Shown: one piece after another, positions 11,934 to 24,767 of the stretch
Position numbering within the stretch: the stretch's first letter is position 1
How the letters are laid out: each line of letters starts with the position of its first letter
NCBI GenBank assembly: GCA_030295235.1
Contig: AP026131.1
Span: forward strand, 868,001-932,000
Reading direction: 5' to 3'
DNA length: 64,000 nt
From: Fistulifera solaris
Lineage: Eukaryota
The notes under the pieces: model-generated
What the model was told of the DNA's origin: nothing
The model's database searches: none
The model's input: the letters and a program-made list of their open reading frames with translations, nothing else
Translations under genes and position numbers: made by a program

Positions 11934-12505
11934 CCTTTCGTTTTGTGATAATGAATTACAGATCTCGACTTGGGATTTTCGTTAACAGACGGTCGTTTCA
12001 ACCTCCGGAGAATCAAGATTTAATTGTAAAATGTATTATCGCAAAGAATGGATCAAATGAAACAAGAATGAATGAATATAGTCTCGTCGGACAAGCGACA
12101 ACTGTGAACGAGAAGTGCTAAGTGCTCCGTTGCAAACTACAGTACGTGTATACTTGTACGTGCCAAAAATCTAAACCCGTGAGAAAAAACATACGTTGAA
12201 ACTGTACGTTGCAACGCGCGCGCTCGAGAGGTGCACGCGCGGTTCGGATTTTGTCAGCGTCTGCTTGTATGTCCAATTTCGTCTGTTCGTCTTCACACAC
12301 TTTGCCGGCGTTCATTTTGTTTTGTTGTGCCAAAAAAGAAAGATCACAACACCAAAAGAGCGACGACGACCCATTAGACTACCCCCATTTCTCATTCCTC
12401 GTCGTACGATTTCTATTGGGTTACCTTACCGCTTTGTAAATTTGAACGGAGGTGTTGAAACTTACATTTGTTACCGGCGAATAAACGTTCTTGTCATTCT
12501 ACAAA

Positions 12506-12925
12506 ATGTGGTTCTGCCCTGTCGACGGAACGTTGTTATTGGTGGGTTGAAAGAGTCGAAGAGCAATGATTGCTGCTCATTTCACTGCTAGAATCAGCAT
12601 ACTTACCATCCTCTGCTCATGTCTCGCTCTCCTCTAGGTCCGGACGCAAGAAGACAAAAATTATTTTTATTGCACGACGTGTCCCTACGGATGTCCGATT
12701 CAACACAAGCAACAGATTTCGTGTCTTTACACCACCAAGAAAGCCGTCGATGACATATTGGGAGGGTCAGCCGCTTGGGAAAATGTGGATCGGACTATGG
12801 CACGGTGTCCGTCTTGTCATCATCACGAAGCTTATTTTATGCAGATGCAAATTCGAAGTGCCGATGAACCGATGAGTGTCTTTTACAAATGTGTTAAATG
12901 TGCGCACCAATGGAATGACAAGTAA
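12506..12925 (+). CDS. POLR3K: RNA polymerase III subunit RPC10/C11, 2 exons (12506-12541, 12638-12925), 107 aa
   Basis: Spliced translation MWFCPVDGTLLL|VRTQEDKNYFYCTTCPY...VDDILGGSAAWENVDRTMARCPSCHHHEAYFMQMQIRSADEPMSVFYKCVKCAHQWNDK: two zinc ribbons and the QIRSADEPM motif. GT..AG intron. Not in the ORF track. Confidence 0.95.
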
Positions 12926-13656
12926 TGAATGGCGAAGAGCCGATGGAGGGAGTGTATCATTGGCGTTGTGAGATAATTGAGCTGGCAAGTGAGTTACAGC
13001 GAACTATAAAGAATTATTGTGGTTAGTGGAAGGCACCAATTGCTACCAAGTAATGTGGTACCCAACAACAACATCATCCACAGCAACATGGCACCCCAAC
13101 GCAAACTATGAGTCTTCACACAGGTCGGAGAAAGTTTTGAAATTGTGGCCATGTCGACTCAATCAATGAAAACCTATCACGTTTCATACTTTCATTCAAA
13201 TTTCTAACTTGGTTAGCTTCAGTGTTTACTTTATCTCGATGTAGATATCGTCAGCAGCCTCACCAACGGTCTCCTTGAGTTAGGATGTCCAACATATTTG
13301 CGGATCGTTGCTTTCCGAATTTACTATAGGCCTGAAGTTGTCCGTTTACAGACACAACTGCATAGCAGTCAGGAATCTTTATGATGTCACGACAACCAAC
13401 AAAATAATCTCTTCATTAGATATACATGTCTATCTTGATAAAACTACCGTCAGCAGCCGATTGGATTGCAGTGAAACATACACGAAAAATGGATGATGTC
13501 AAATTTCATACTCCGGAGTAATACAGTATCCAGCATGCCCTCTGTCGATAAGTTTCCTAAGGAGCCTACGTTAAATGCACGTAGACATTCGCAACACTGT
13601 CTCTGTTGTACGTAGCAATTCTTTAAGACCCCGTCCGGCGAAAGTGGGGACGCTGA

Positions 13657-14582
13657 ACGGAACCCTTGGTTGTTCGGTTCATGACTCATGACTACTGTAC
13701 AATCCAGTCTTGGCTGGCGTAAACCAACACTCCCGTTTGATAGTGGAAATTCAAGGAGTCGATCCTTGGATTTTCGACGTTAAAATAAAAGAGACTCTTA
13801 ACAAGTAGTTTGAAATCATCATTGTTGCGACTTTATCTACCCATCATTATAATTATATTCGCAGTTGAATGACAATGGACGGATGCGAGAGACGCAAAAC
13901 GGAACCCTTGGTTGTTCCGTTGTTCGGTTCATGACGACTCATGACTACTGTACAATCCAGTCTTGGCTGGCGTAAACTAACGCTCCGTTTGATAGTGGAA
14001 ATTCAAGGAGTCGATCCTCGGATTTTCGACGTGAAAATAAAAGTAACTATTTACAAGTAGTCTGAAATCATCATTTGCAGCTGAATGACAATGGACGGAT
14101 GCGAGAGACGCAAAACGGAACCCTTGGTTGTTCGTTGTTCGGTTCATGACTCATGACTACTGTACAATCCAGTCTTGGCTGGCGTAAACCAACACTCCCG
14201 TTTGATAGTGGAAATTCAAGGAGTCGATCCTTGGATTTTCGACGTTAAAATAAAAGAGACTCTTAACAAGTAGTTTGAAATCATCATTGTTGCGACTTTA
14301 TCTACCCATCATTATAATTATATTCGCAGTTGAATGACAATGGACGGATGCGAGAGACGCAAAACGGAACCCTTGGTTGTTTGTTGTTCGGTTCATGACT
14401 CATGACTACTGTACAATCCAGTCTTGGCTGGCGTAAACCAACACTTCGTTTCATAGTAAAAAACAAAAGAAACTCCTAAACAATAATTACTTGTAGTTTC
14501 AAATCATCATTGTTGCAACTTTATCTACCCAATGACAATGGACGGATGCGAGAGACGCAAAACGGAACCCTTTGTTGTTCGG
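13657..14582 (+). repeat. Tandem satellite, family 2 (about 4 units of ~212-253 bp)
   Basis: GACTACTGTACAATCCAGTCTTGGCTGGCGTAAAC recurs at 13690, 13943, 14155 and 14404, with near-identical intervening sequence. Confidence 0.95.
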
Positions 14583-14827
14583 GTAATGCCTTAACAATCC
14601 CTAATTTTCTGTTTCTTCCAGGCGCTCGTCACGATGAGGCCCAAAGTATTTGGTCGAATTTTCGCCACGACTGCGTTTCAGTCGCGACGAAGCATAATAT
14701 CGCTTTTCGCTCTGGCTCGTTGCAAATCCAAGCTTTCCTTGTTTTTTTGGAGATAGCTTTTTGTTTTCGATCAACGCCAAAGGTATAATACTTTGTTGCA
14801 TTTGCTTACTAATATTATAATTACAGG

Positions 14828-17741
14828 ATGATTGTCAATGATACTTCCTCTGAACGCGTCGTCCTTCCGGGATATGTCGTTCCTGAGCGGTACGTGAGAA
14901 CGCTGCTAGTTGCCTCGATGAGCTGTTGTTGTTTATCGTTTTCTTTGTGTTTTTCTCATGAATTGTTTATCATGCACGTCATATACAGCTACGATTTGTC
15001 CTTGACACCCGATTTGAAAGCCTTTACCTTTAAAGGAAAAGTTGTGATTGATTTTGCCATCGATAGTGACGAACTAGCCAAGAGTAATGGACATCAAATC
15101 ATTTTGCACGCGCAAGAACTCTTGTTTGAGAGCGCTTCTTACACTCTTGATGACAACAAGGATACGACGATTGAGGCAGAACAGATCAATGTCAATTTGA
15201 AAGAAACGACGGTCACGTTTGTCTTTCCGAGTGCCATCCCGGCCACGGCCAAGAATTTGCAACTGACCGTGGTTTATCAAGGTTTCTTGAACAACCAAAT
15301 GGCGGGTTTCTATCGCAGTTCGTATACGAATATGAAGGGCGAATCTTGCATTATGGCATCTACGCAATTTGAAGCACTCGATGCTCGTCGCGCCTTTCCG
15401 TGTGTCGACGAACCCGCTCGCAAAGCCGTCTTCCTCGTCTCGTTGACCATTCCCTCGGATTTGCAGTGCTGTTCCAACATGCCCGAGCGATCCAGCGTCA
15501 GTTTGGATCCGCACACGCGACAAGTCTCGTTTTGGCCGACCCCGCGCATGTCCACGTATTTGCTGGCATTTTGTGTGGGAGAATTCGATTTCGTGCAGGC
15601 ACAAACCACGTCGGGTGTTTTGATCAAAGTGTACACGCCCGTGGGCAAATCCAAGCAGGGAGAGTTTGCGCTAGATTGTGCGTGCAATTGCCTTGAGCTG
15701 TACAATCAATTCTTCAAGGTACCTTATCCTTTGCCCAAATTGGATATGATTGCTATTCCCGAGTTTGCAGCGGGAGCCATGGAGTGAGTCTTTTCTCTTT
15801 AAATACTTTCATTGCATTTTCGAAAATTTTTCCACTCATCTTTTCCTTGCAGAAACTGGGGATTGGTGACCTATCGTGAAGTCGATTTGTTGATTGATCC
15901 GACGCTCGCTAGTTCACAGCAGAAACAGCGGGTAGCGGTGGTGGTCAACCATGAGTTGGCGCATCAATGGTAAGTGAGCCCTCCTGTAGAGCGTGAATGC
16001 TCCTTGCGTCTTTGTAGTCACTCAAGGTAGAATCCTTTGAATAAACAGGTTCGGAAACTTGGTTACGATGGACTGGTGGTCGGGCTTGTGGTTGAATGAG
16101 TCCTTTGCTTCGTGGTGCGAAAATTATGCGACCGACGCATTGTATCCCGATTTTCACATGTGGGACCAGTTTGTCACGGGCCACTTGGCTGCGGCGTTGC
16201 GCTTGGATGCATTGCAGTCGAGTCACCCCATCGATGTCCCCATTCGACATGCTGAGGAGGTCAATCAAGTCTTCGATGCTATTAGTTATTGCAAGGGCGC
16301 AGCGGTGGTCCGCATGATCCAGGCCGTTTTGGGCTTCAATGCCTTTCAAGAAGGATTGCAGCATTATATGAAAGATTTCGCTTACAAGAATACAAGCTCT
16401 ACGGATTTGTGGCAGGCATGGGAGAAAGTGAGTGGGTTGCCGGTTGGAGAACTCATGGGAAGCTGGACGCACCAGATGGGCTTCCCGTTGCTGAAAGTGG
16501 TTAAAGAAGAATGGAAGAGTGATTCCGTTACTTTAGAGTTAGAGCAATCGTGGTTCCTATCAGATGGAACGGTTCCCCCGGAAAAGAAATTGTGGACTAT
16601 TCCTATCATGACTTGCACTGCGGATGGTCCACAAGCCGACATGACGTTGATGCGGGAGGAGACTGCTTCGGTAACGATTCCTCTTCCAAGTGAATCAGGA
16701 TGGATCAAATTAAATGCCGGACAGCAAGTCCCTATGCGTATTCTTTGGACGTCAGAAATGCTTAAGCGCTACCAGGACCCCATTCAAAACGGTAAAATGA
16801 ATGCTATGGACCGTGCCGGGTTGGTTACTGATGCTTATGCGTTGGTCAAAGCCGGTCACATGAAACCAGAGCAACTGATTCAACTCCTTCAATACTACTT
16901 GAAGGAAACCGAGTACGTCGTATGGGAAGGTTTGGCCATGGTGTTAGGGGGTATCGATTCGATTGTTTCGGAGGACGTTGAGTTGTCGAAGCAGTTCCAC
17001 GCTTTTGGAAAGCGAATGGTGTTGAATTTGTTGCCGCACGTTGGCTGGCAAGCACAAACCGGTGAACCTCATTTGACGACGTTGCTACGCGGGCTGCTGA
17101 TAGGGCTTTTGAGCGACTTTGCGTTCGATGACGAAGGTGTTGCAGCGGAAGCGAAATCTCGCTTTCAGTCTTTCTTGGATAATCCCAACGACGTCCAGAG
17201 CTTGCCCAGTGACATTCGCTCACAAGTCTTTAAAATTGTCTTGCAGAATGGCGGTGCTACGGAATATGAACAAGTCAAAGGCTACTACAAGACGGCTTCG
17301 GATAACGCGGAACGTAAGCACGTATTGAACTCGCTCGGTAGTATCCAGGACAAATCGTTGAAGGTTCAAACCATGGAGTGGATGACTTCTGGAGAAATTA
17401 AAATCCAGGATTTCTTTTACGGCATGGGATCGGTCGGCCGTTCCAACAAGATGGGACGTGAAGTAGCATGGCAGTACTTCCAAGACGACTTTGAGAAAAT
17501 CAAAGGCATGGTCGCCAGCGCGTCTAGTTCTCTCATGGACGCCTGCATCGTCATGTGCTGCGGTGGATTCTGCAGTGATGAAAAAGCCAAAGAGATTGAG
17601 CAGTTCTTCGAAGCGCATCCCGTGCCCAAAAGCTCACGCAAAATTGAGCAAACTTTGGAGAACATGCGGGCTAACGCGAACTTCTTGAAGCTGTTGCAGT
17701 CAAGCGACCTATCGAAGGAAACTTTCTGGTCTAATTTGTAA
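14828..17741 (+). CDS. M1 family aminopeptidase (puromycin-sensitive aminopeptidase-like), 4 exons
   Basis: [25 protein letters not shown] (across an intron), HELAHQWFGN, WLNESFA and an ERAP1-like C-terminus. Exons 14828-14889, 14989-15783, 15853-15969, 16049-17741. Confidence 0.95.
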
Positions 17742-17860
17742 CCGCCTAGTCTATGACGAGTGTCGATGATACTTTACAATTGATATCGTTCGATTTGTTC
17801 GAGATGCCATAGCATTAATTTATTTATTTACAAGACCATACATGTCAATAGGGTTGAATC

Positions 17861-18400
17861 TCATTGTGGCTTCTCTAACAGCATCCTTTCCCATTCGGTG
17901 AATGTGCGTGTCACAACCAATTCCTGTATTTTGAGAGTGTCCGAACACACCTTGAATCGAGTTTGGCCCTCGACTGCCATCGGTTGATGATTCGGCTCTA
18001 TATCACAGCTCGTACCAGACCAGGTTCCGGTCTCATACCAGTGTGCGAATACCCAATTGGATTGTCTAGAACATTCCGGACCGTAATGAAATTGAACGAC
18101 ACAATCGGGATGTGCTGTCACAAATTGCATACATCGGTCGACGAGTTGCGTTGCCGGTACGGTACGACGAGACGACTGTAACGCACAGACGTCTCGAATC
18201 GTCGCGGACTCGCCGAAACAGGAACGGATCATCTCGGAATCTTTCTCGGTGACACCTTGAAAATAGCGCCGCACGGTCGCCTCCATCGCCAGCGCCAATT
18301 CGGTCGAAATCATGGGAGAAGACGCTGACAAGGAGCGCACCGGTGTACTGAACAGTGCCGTCAAGAGGAACGAACTATACGCAGCGATTCGTTTGAACAT
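17861..18400 (-). CDS. SnoaL/NTF2-like fold protein with signal peptide
   Basis: VRRYFQGVTEKDSEMIRSCFGESATIRD...WVFAHWYETGTWSG...VEGQTRF..KIQELVV pattern; hydrophobic N-terminus. Confidence 0.75.
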   Translation of the reverse strand: MFKRIAAYSSFLLTALFSTPVRSLSASSPMISTELALAMEATVRRYFQGVTEKDSEMIRSCFGESATIRDVCALQSSRRTVPATQLVDRCMQFVTAHPDCVVQFHYGPECSRQSNWVFAHWYETGTWSGTSCDIEPNHQPMAVEGQTRFKVCSDTLKIQELVVTRTFTEWERMLLEKPQ

Positions 18401-18519
18401 TTTTATGTACGACAAGTGCAAATAGATGAAAGACTTTGCTCCTTATCCTCTCGGAGATCATAGAAAATAATGAGAATAATGAGATCATTGTTGGCTGGCA
18501 TAATACAAATTTTTCGTGA

Positions 18520-19180
18520 ATCCTTGAAATTTCACTATGAAACGTTGTGTTGGTTTACGCCAGCCAAGACTGGATTGTAGAGTAGTCGTGAACATGAACT
18601 GAACAACAAAGGGTTCCGTTTTGCGTCTCTCACATCCGTCCATTGTCATTCAATTGCGAATAAAATAGTAATAACGGGTAAGTAAAATCGCAACAATGAT
18701 GATTCTGAATTACTTGTTTGAGAGTTTCTTTTATTTTCACGTCCAAATAATCCGAGGATCGACACCTTGAATTTCCACTATAAAGCGGAGTGTTGGTTTA
18801 CGCCAGCCAAGACTGGATTGTACAGTAGTCATGATTCAAAACCGAAAAACAAAGGGTTCCGTTTTGCGTCTCTCACATCCGTCCATTGTCATTCAACTGC
18901 GAAAAATAGTAATAACGGGTAAGTAAAGTCGCAGGTAAGTAAAGTCGCAACAATGATGATTCTGAACTAGTCACGTCGAAAATCCGTGGATCGACACGAT
19001 GAATTTTCACTATCAAACGGGGTGTTGGTTTACGCCAGCCAAGACTGGATTGTACAGGAGTCATGAACCGAACGACGAACAACAAAGGGATCCGATTTGC
19101 GTCTTTCGCATCCGTCCATCGTCATTCAACTACGAAATATAATTAGGGGTAACTATGAAGTCGCAACAATGATGATTCTA
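18520..19180 (-). repeat. Tandem satellite, family 2, inverted copy (about 3 units, more diverged)
   Basis: GCCAGCCAAGACTGGATTGTA at ~18559, ~18803 and ~19034 is the reverse complement of the 13.7-14.6 kb unit. Confidence 0.93.
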
Positions 19181-19510
19181 GGTTAAGACGAGGGCCGCGA
19201 CGAGGGACGGACGCGCGCGGGCCTCACAACAACGACAACTAAGGAGCTATGTATAGTTCTATTAGCCTTTTACTAGAGAACATTCTTCATCAGAACAAGT
19301 CTAGAAAGCAGCGTGAGTCATCTTGAAAGATCAATTGTCTTCTCTTCACCAAAGAGAGCTGTACGTTGTGGATCTACAATGTCAAAAAAGTAGATGGAGA
19401 GCGTTAATTAAAAGTTATTTGTTGATTCGGTTATACAAAGCAAAATCATTTGAAATGCGCAATTGAAAATCTATACAGAATTATGAGTCGAAGCATGAAC
19501 AATCGTCTTT

Positions 19511-21024
19511 TCACGGATCATTTCCGCCCGAACTCGCCAGAGTCGGTTGCTCATAATGAAACGACTGTTCGACCGAGTTGAGCTCTACTTCCATCGTTTC
19601 CGTGGGCGCAACTCTGTACATGTGACTGTGAAACATAATTTTCTTCAAGGATACTTTCGTCATCAACATTGCACCTAATGCCATGGCAACCATGACAAAA
19701 CCAAAGGATCGACAAGCCGGACCACACATTTGACTCTCTGGTGCTGTGTATTCTTCGTCATTTCTGCTGTCCGGCATCGGAATGCCATTTTCATCAAGAA
19801 CACAGCGACTTTCCGCCCATCCAATGCGACGATTCGTTGAATCGAATGAAACGTCGTATCCTCTCATGGAGTCCGCCCCCAAAACGGTGCGTTTGCTTTT
19901 GGGACTTGACAGCTCAAACTTGTTAATGTATTCTCCCGTTTGATCGTTAAATTCCATAAATTGTTGGGGAGTGATCTCAATGAGCACATCCGTTGGGTGA
20001 TCGGGGTCGTTCGCGAGCATGGACGAAGGTACTGTGTTTTTCTCCGTACCCGCGAGTTGAATAACGATTGTCGGCAATTTGGCCACTTGATTGTAGGTGA
20101 TGTAACGAGGTTGGTCACTGAAGTCATTACCCGTCAACTCCTTCCAGACAGTGCGAAAGGCAACATTGATTGCCCCCGAAAAATGAGAGTGAGCAAAACC
20201 GGATTCGATCACCACAGTCCCGTCGTTGAGGGTTACTTCGGCAAGTTTCAACGTACGTAGCTCGTTTGTCTTAAGATGCAACTTCCGAATATGAACTGCA
20301 TAATGATCTTCTCCTTCCATCTCGGTATACACCATCGGTGTTGAATGGAAACGACTATCGTTTCCACCAAGTATCAATGCACCCGCTTCGCTGCTTCGTT
20401 CTTGTGCAGAAGGACGAAGACAGAGAGAAAAATTCTTGTTTCGGTATCTTTCCAGCTTTATAGAGCTGCGCGATGAAGGACTGCGGAGACGTCCGATCCA
20501 GTGATAGTGTACCGTCCGGATATTGAGAACGGAACCCACCACTGGAGCTGGTTTGACAGGCAAATTCGGTGCGAACGACTGCTGTTTCGGACCCGACAAA
20601 GCAGAAATCGGTGACTTGTCGACCATACCAGTGATCATGACGTGAATAATGACGACCCGCGGTACAGAAGGAAGTTCCCGAACTCTTGGCGCATGTCTCT
20701 CCTTCCCAACAGCTTTCCGGGGACGTACAACGACTTTGTTCGAAGGACATGCTACCCTCCTTGTTAAAAAAGAGTGTGCTGGGTACCACAATCCGCACAG
20801 CCTGTACAAGGAACGACCGTAGCGGGCGCATCCGTGTTGATCATGACAGTTTGCTTTTGCGGAGGCGTTCCGCAATGTAAATCAACGTAGAATCGATTAT
20901 CCTCTTGAAATACTGGTGCTATGATGAGTGATGGCGGCGAATCTGAGAGATTCCGCAGCGAAACAGAATGAACTTCGTTCCAGCCGAAGGCAAATAGCAC
21001 CCCTAGGAAAGTATGAAGAAGCAT
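19511..21024 (-). CDS. Pepsin-family (A1) aspartic protease homolog, plasmepsin-V-like, with signal peptide and C-terminal TM; catalytic Asp residues replaced; 2 frameshifts
   Basis: FYVDLHCGTPPQKQTVMINTD...PCTGCADCG, FSLCL...GALILGG, VVIESG and VLGADSMRGYDVSFDSTNRRIGWAESRC are spread over three frames, with shifts near 20770 and 20435. Confidence 0.85.
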
Positions 21025-21325
21025 TATATTCTTTAACGATACAACGAGAAGAGTTTGCTACAGATAACCTAAATTCTGAGAGGATTACGACGAGTCAATG
21101 CCCTCGTCTTCGAGCAATTCTTTTTGACGAAAAAAGAACGTGGTTGATTTCCTCGCTTCTTTTCTCGTCCTTTTTTTTGAGAAAGATGGAAAATGTCTGA
21201 CACGCAGCGCTGATGCGATACACACGATTGATGATTTTCATTCGCTAGGACTAGTCGTCATGGTTGTCTGTACTTTACCCTATATTGTAACATTTTCGGC
21301 TTTCGGTACGACATTAAAATGCACA

Positions 21326-21449
21326 TCTATTTATAATAGCGCGCTGTCCGTGTGTGTGTGTGTGTCACGTCGGTCCCGGTTGTTCAGTCCCGGGTGTGAC
21401 GCTATCCCCGGGGGGATCGAGCCCCCCGCAGAACGCCGCAGGCGGCTAG
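21326..21449 (+). mobile_element. 124-bp non-autonomous Helitron-like element
   Basis: A|TCTATTTATAATAG 5' end, internal (GT)n microsatellite, GGGGGGATCGAGCCCCCC and CGCCGCAGGCG hairpins, CTAG|T 3' end, no TSD. Confidence 0.8.
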
Positions 21450-21595
21450 TAATAGATAATAGTAGGGAACATGAGGCAAAAGACGAAGATGACGAAAGAA
21501 AAGCCTTCTACAGGCTCATTCGTTGGCTAGAGGTGTCGTGTCAAAATTAGATTATGCTTACGAACTTTAATTTTAGGCTACTCCATGCACTCAAT

Positions 21596-24500
21596 CTATG
21601 TCGAAGATTCAGAAGACGAATCATCCGAGTCGGAAGAGTCCGAGGAAACCGAGCTGAGACTCGAGGAATCATCGCCGTCTGAATACCTTGGGCTATCGGG
21701 GGCAAGGACGCGATTTTCCTGCGTGCCTTGGGGTCCGTTTGATGCCAAAGCATGTTTGTTGGATAAGGCACTTGTACCGTGTGCTGTGCCAGGTGATTTA
21801 TTGGTTTGAAAGCGAGCCAATAAACTTTTGCTCGCTAGCAATGTTCCAAGGGCTTCACCAAGCGCCTTACGGTCCCTAGTTGACTTCTCAAAGTTCAGTT
21901 GCATACTCTTTTTCAGTTCTTTCATTTTGACACGCGCGTCGTAAATTGAAAGCGGACCTGTTCCTGTTACAATCGACTCGAGATCGGCGCCAACCTTTTG
22001 CACAAGGTTGACAGCTTCATTTGACGGAGATAAACAATCACCAGTTACCGTGGTGCAGACGCCGTCGTCATCCAAAAGATTTTCAACACTATGATGAATT
22101 TCGGATGCCGCGCGAACTACGTCCCAAGGCCAGCCGCAATGAGCGGCCAATTCGACTCCATAATCTGCGGATACGTTGCACGCACCAGGTTGCACCTTGT
22201 GAGTGTATCGTATCTCACCGATATCATTCTCGCCGGTCGCTCGTCCAACGGAGGCGGACAGATGAACATTCTGTACGAGCTGTGGATATGTTTCTGCCAT
22301 ACGCGTAAGCTGCGGATAGTGAGAGACAAAGAACGTCATGGATTGCGTCTTGAGCAAGTATTCGCAAGTGGCCCAGGCAATCGCAACACCATCTTCATTG
22401 CTGGTGGCCCGGCCTAGTTCGTCCACAAGCACCAAAGAGCGACTGTTGGAGTTGTTGCAGATAAATGCCGTCTCTTTCATTTCTTGCATAAATGTTGATA
22501 TGTTATGTTCATGGTCATCTGTATTCCCAATTCGACAGCAAAGCTGATCACGAATCGGGACAGAGGCTCTCTCGGCCGGTACGTAGCTGCCGCACTGGGC
22601 CAGAATAGTAATGATCGCGATCTGTTTCAAATAAGTGCTCTTGCCGCTACCGTTTATGCCGGATATAATCGTGAGCGGTTTGTTGGCGGGGGCATACGTG
22701 TCGTTTGCAATGAATGCTTTATCTTCGCCGGCGACCACAATCGGAAAGTGTCCGTTACGGATGATAAAGGCGTTTGTCGCATCAGACGATTCTACATCTT
22801 CACCAGAGCGTTCGAAGACCACTGGCCGAGACCACGGAGTTTTGACCAATGTGACGTGGTCGGCAAAGCTATGACACATATCTAAAAGGGCTACTGCGTC
22901 ACAGAGAGCAGCTAGTGGATCGTATCGCGCCCGAGCGTAGTCCAACACCTCTTGGATGCGATCGTGTGTCATGAGTAGAAGATCTTGTATGTTATCCGTC
23001 GCACGAGCATTCAAACTAGCAATTTCTTCCGTCGTACACGTGATAAATCGTCCAGCTTTGGCGGGCTGTAAGAATACCGACGGCAGATCAGAGCCGACTT
23101 CTGCTGGGACCGCAAGAAAGTAGCCGCGAACGGAGGTGTAACGAACCTGTACATGAAAGTTGTATATTTCAGCATATTCATCGGCCTTCTTGTGAATATC
23201 ATCTACATTTCGCAGAAAAGTTTGGCGAAGAACGGTCATCAAATCAGCCTCGTCACATTTTAGAGCGAAACATTCCTTGTGACGCATTGCATGATTGTTC
23301 CGCGTAAAATGTGTGTTCTCAGTGAAAATGTTATTCACGGCTTGTAACACTTCATCCAGTTCGGGCTGGCTCACCGTAAATAGGACGGCTCTTAAAAGAT
23401 GAAATCGTTGCACCTCGCCCGTTCCTCCCAATCCGACCAACAAAGTAGAACGATCTGTTCGAACGGTTCTTAAATCATCGTCTTGTTGCTGCTCTTGTTC
23501 GGTTTGACCGAAACGTCGCACTAGCGTCTCCAAATGGGTATTCAAAGCCAAGGCCAGGGAAGGAAGCGACGATAGCGTTGTCTTTATGGAAACTAAAGCT
23601 GATATTCCACGGCTAGCTACCTGTCGACGCTGCACAATATTCACAGCAGGATCTTCCTTGATATCTTTTGGGATAAACGCGATATTCGAAAGCATCTTAT
23701 CTACGTCGGGAAGAGCGGTCAAGTGATCCATGATCTCGAAGAAGAAATCTGCATCCCCGAGAAAGATATCAACAAGCTCCAAGCGTGTCTGGATGGTTCC
23801 TATACTACTGCTTGGAGACATAAGATTGCTTCGAAGGAGCCGACTGCCGACTGTTGTTTTGGTCCTATCGATACAGCCAATCAAAGAATTAGCGACTTTT
23901 GCGGTTTTCGCATTCACGAGTAGCTCCAGTTGTAGAATGGAAGAGCGGTCAACTGTCATGCGATGAAGTCCGCCGGCGTTCACGGAAAGAAAAAAGTGAG
24001 TTTCTGGCAAAGGAGCCGCCCAAGTGTGTCTGTGTGTAATGCAAGGCTGCATGCACTGAAGATAGCAGAATGTATTCCTCGACAATCGTGGGATCGTATG
24101 TATCGGCCCTAGACACACGTCTCAAAAGCTCTGCCCCTCTCGTCTGATCGAAAAATGAGCGGGAAATAAACTTGACGACGCATCCTTCCCCATTCTCCGT
24201 GTGAAAAGTCTCCAAAATCTTTCGAGCCAAAGGAGAATTCGAACGCCCTTCATTTAGCAGAATCTCATGCGGTCGAAGAATTTCCAGGCAAGCTAGGGTC
24301 TCCGCGTAACTTTGCCCGTTCCCTTGTTTGGTCACATGCAGTTGCGTAGGACTCGATACATCCAAAGACGCCGCGCAAGTCTCACGTGCCAGATTTTCAC
24401 TAATGGCGCACACCACATGGGCGGGACCGGGTGGATTGTGCCACGACGCGTCATTTGTGGTGGCTGCTTTCGAAAAACGAGACGTCACAGATCGTCGCGA

Positions 24501-24767
24501 AGCAGGCGCAAGCATACCACCGGTAGCGCCGGGCGTGGTAGGAAATAGTCGTGTTTGTGCAAGACCCGGCGTTGCCGATCGACGGGACCCGAATAGACCC
24601 GACGCATCTTCTGCCGCTTCGTAATGTCGAGTAGCATTCGCAACAGTATCGTCATCTAAAACCGATAGACCCGTAGGCCCGCTCGACTGTGTAACACGAT
24701 TTCGCGCACTGCGGCATGTTGTCAAAGTCGACTTCGTCGGTCGCTTCCGTTTCGCTGACAAGGACAT
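21596..24767 (-). CDS. MSH4: MutS homolog 4 (meiotic crossover factor); one frameshift near 24000
   Basis: SLIGCIDRTKTTVGSRLLRSNL, Walker A GINGSGKSTYLKQIA, STFMQEMKETAFI, Walker B LVLVDELGRATSNEDG. No mismatch-recognition domain I. The N-terminal part is in ORF 23949..24815. Confidence 0.9.

Noticed and set aside
13657..14582. Family 2 unit as a tRNA, SINE or 5S array (CAAGGAGTCGATCCTTG resembles a T-arm/B-box)
   Set aside because: The loop is not TTCRA, and there is no convincing A-box, cloverleaf or 5S similarity.
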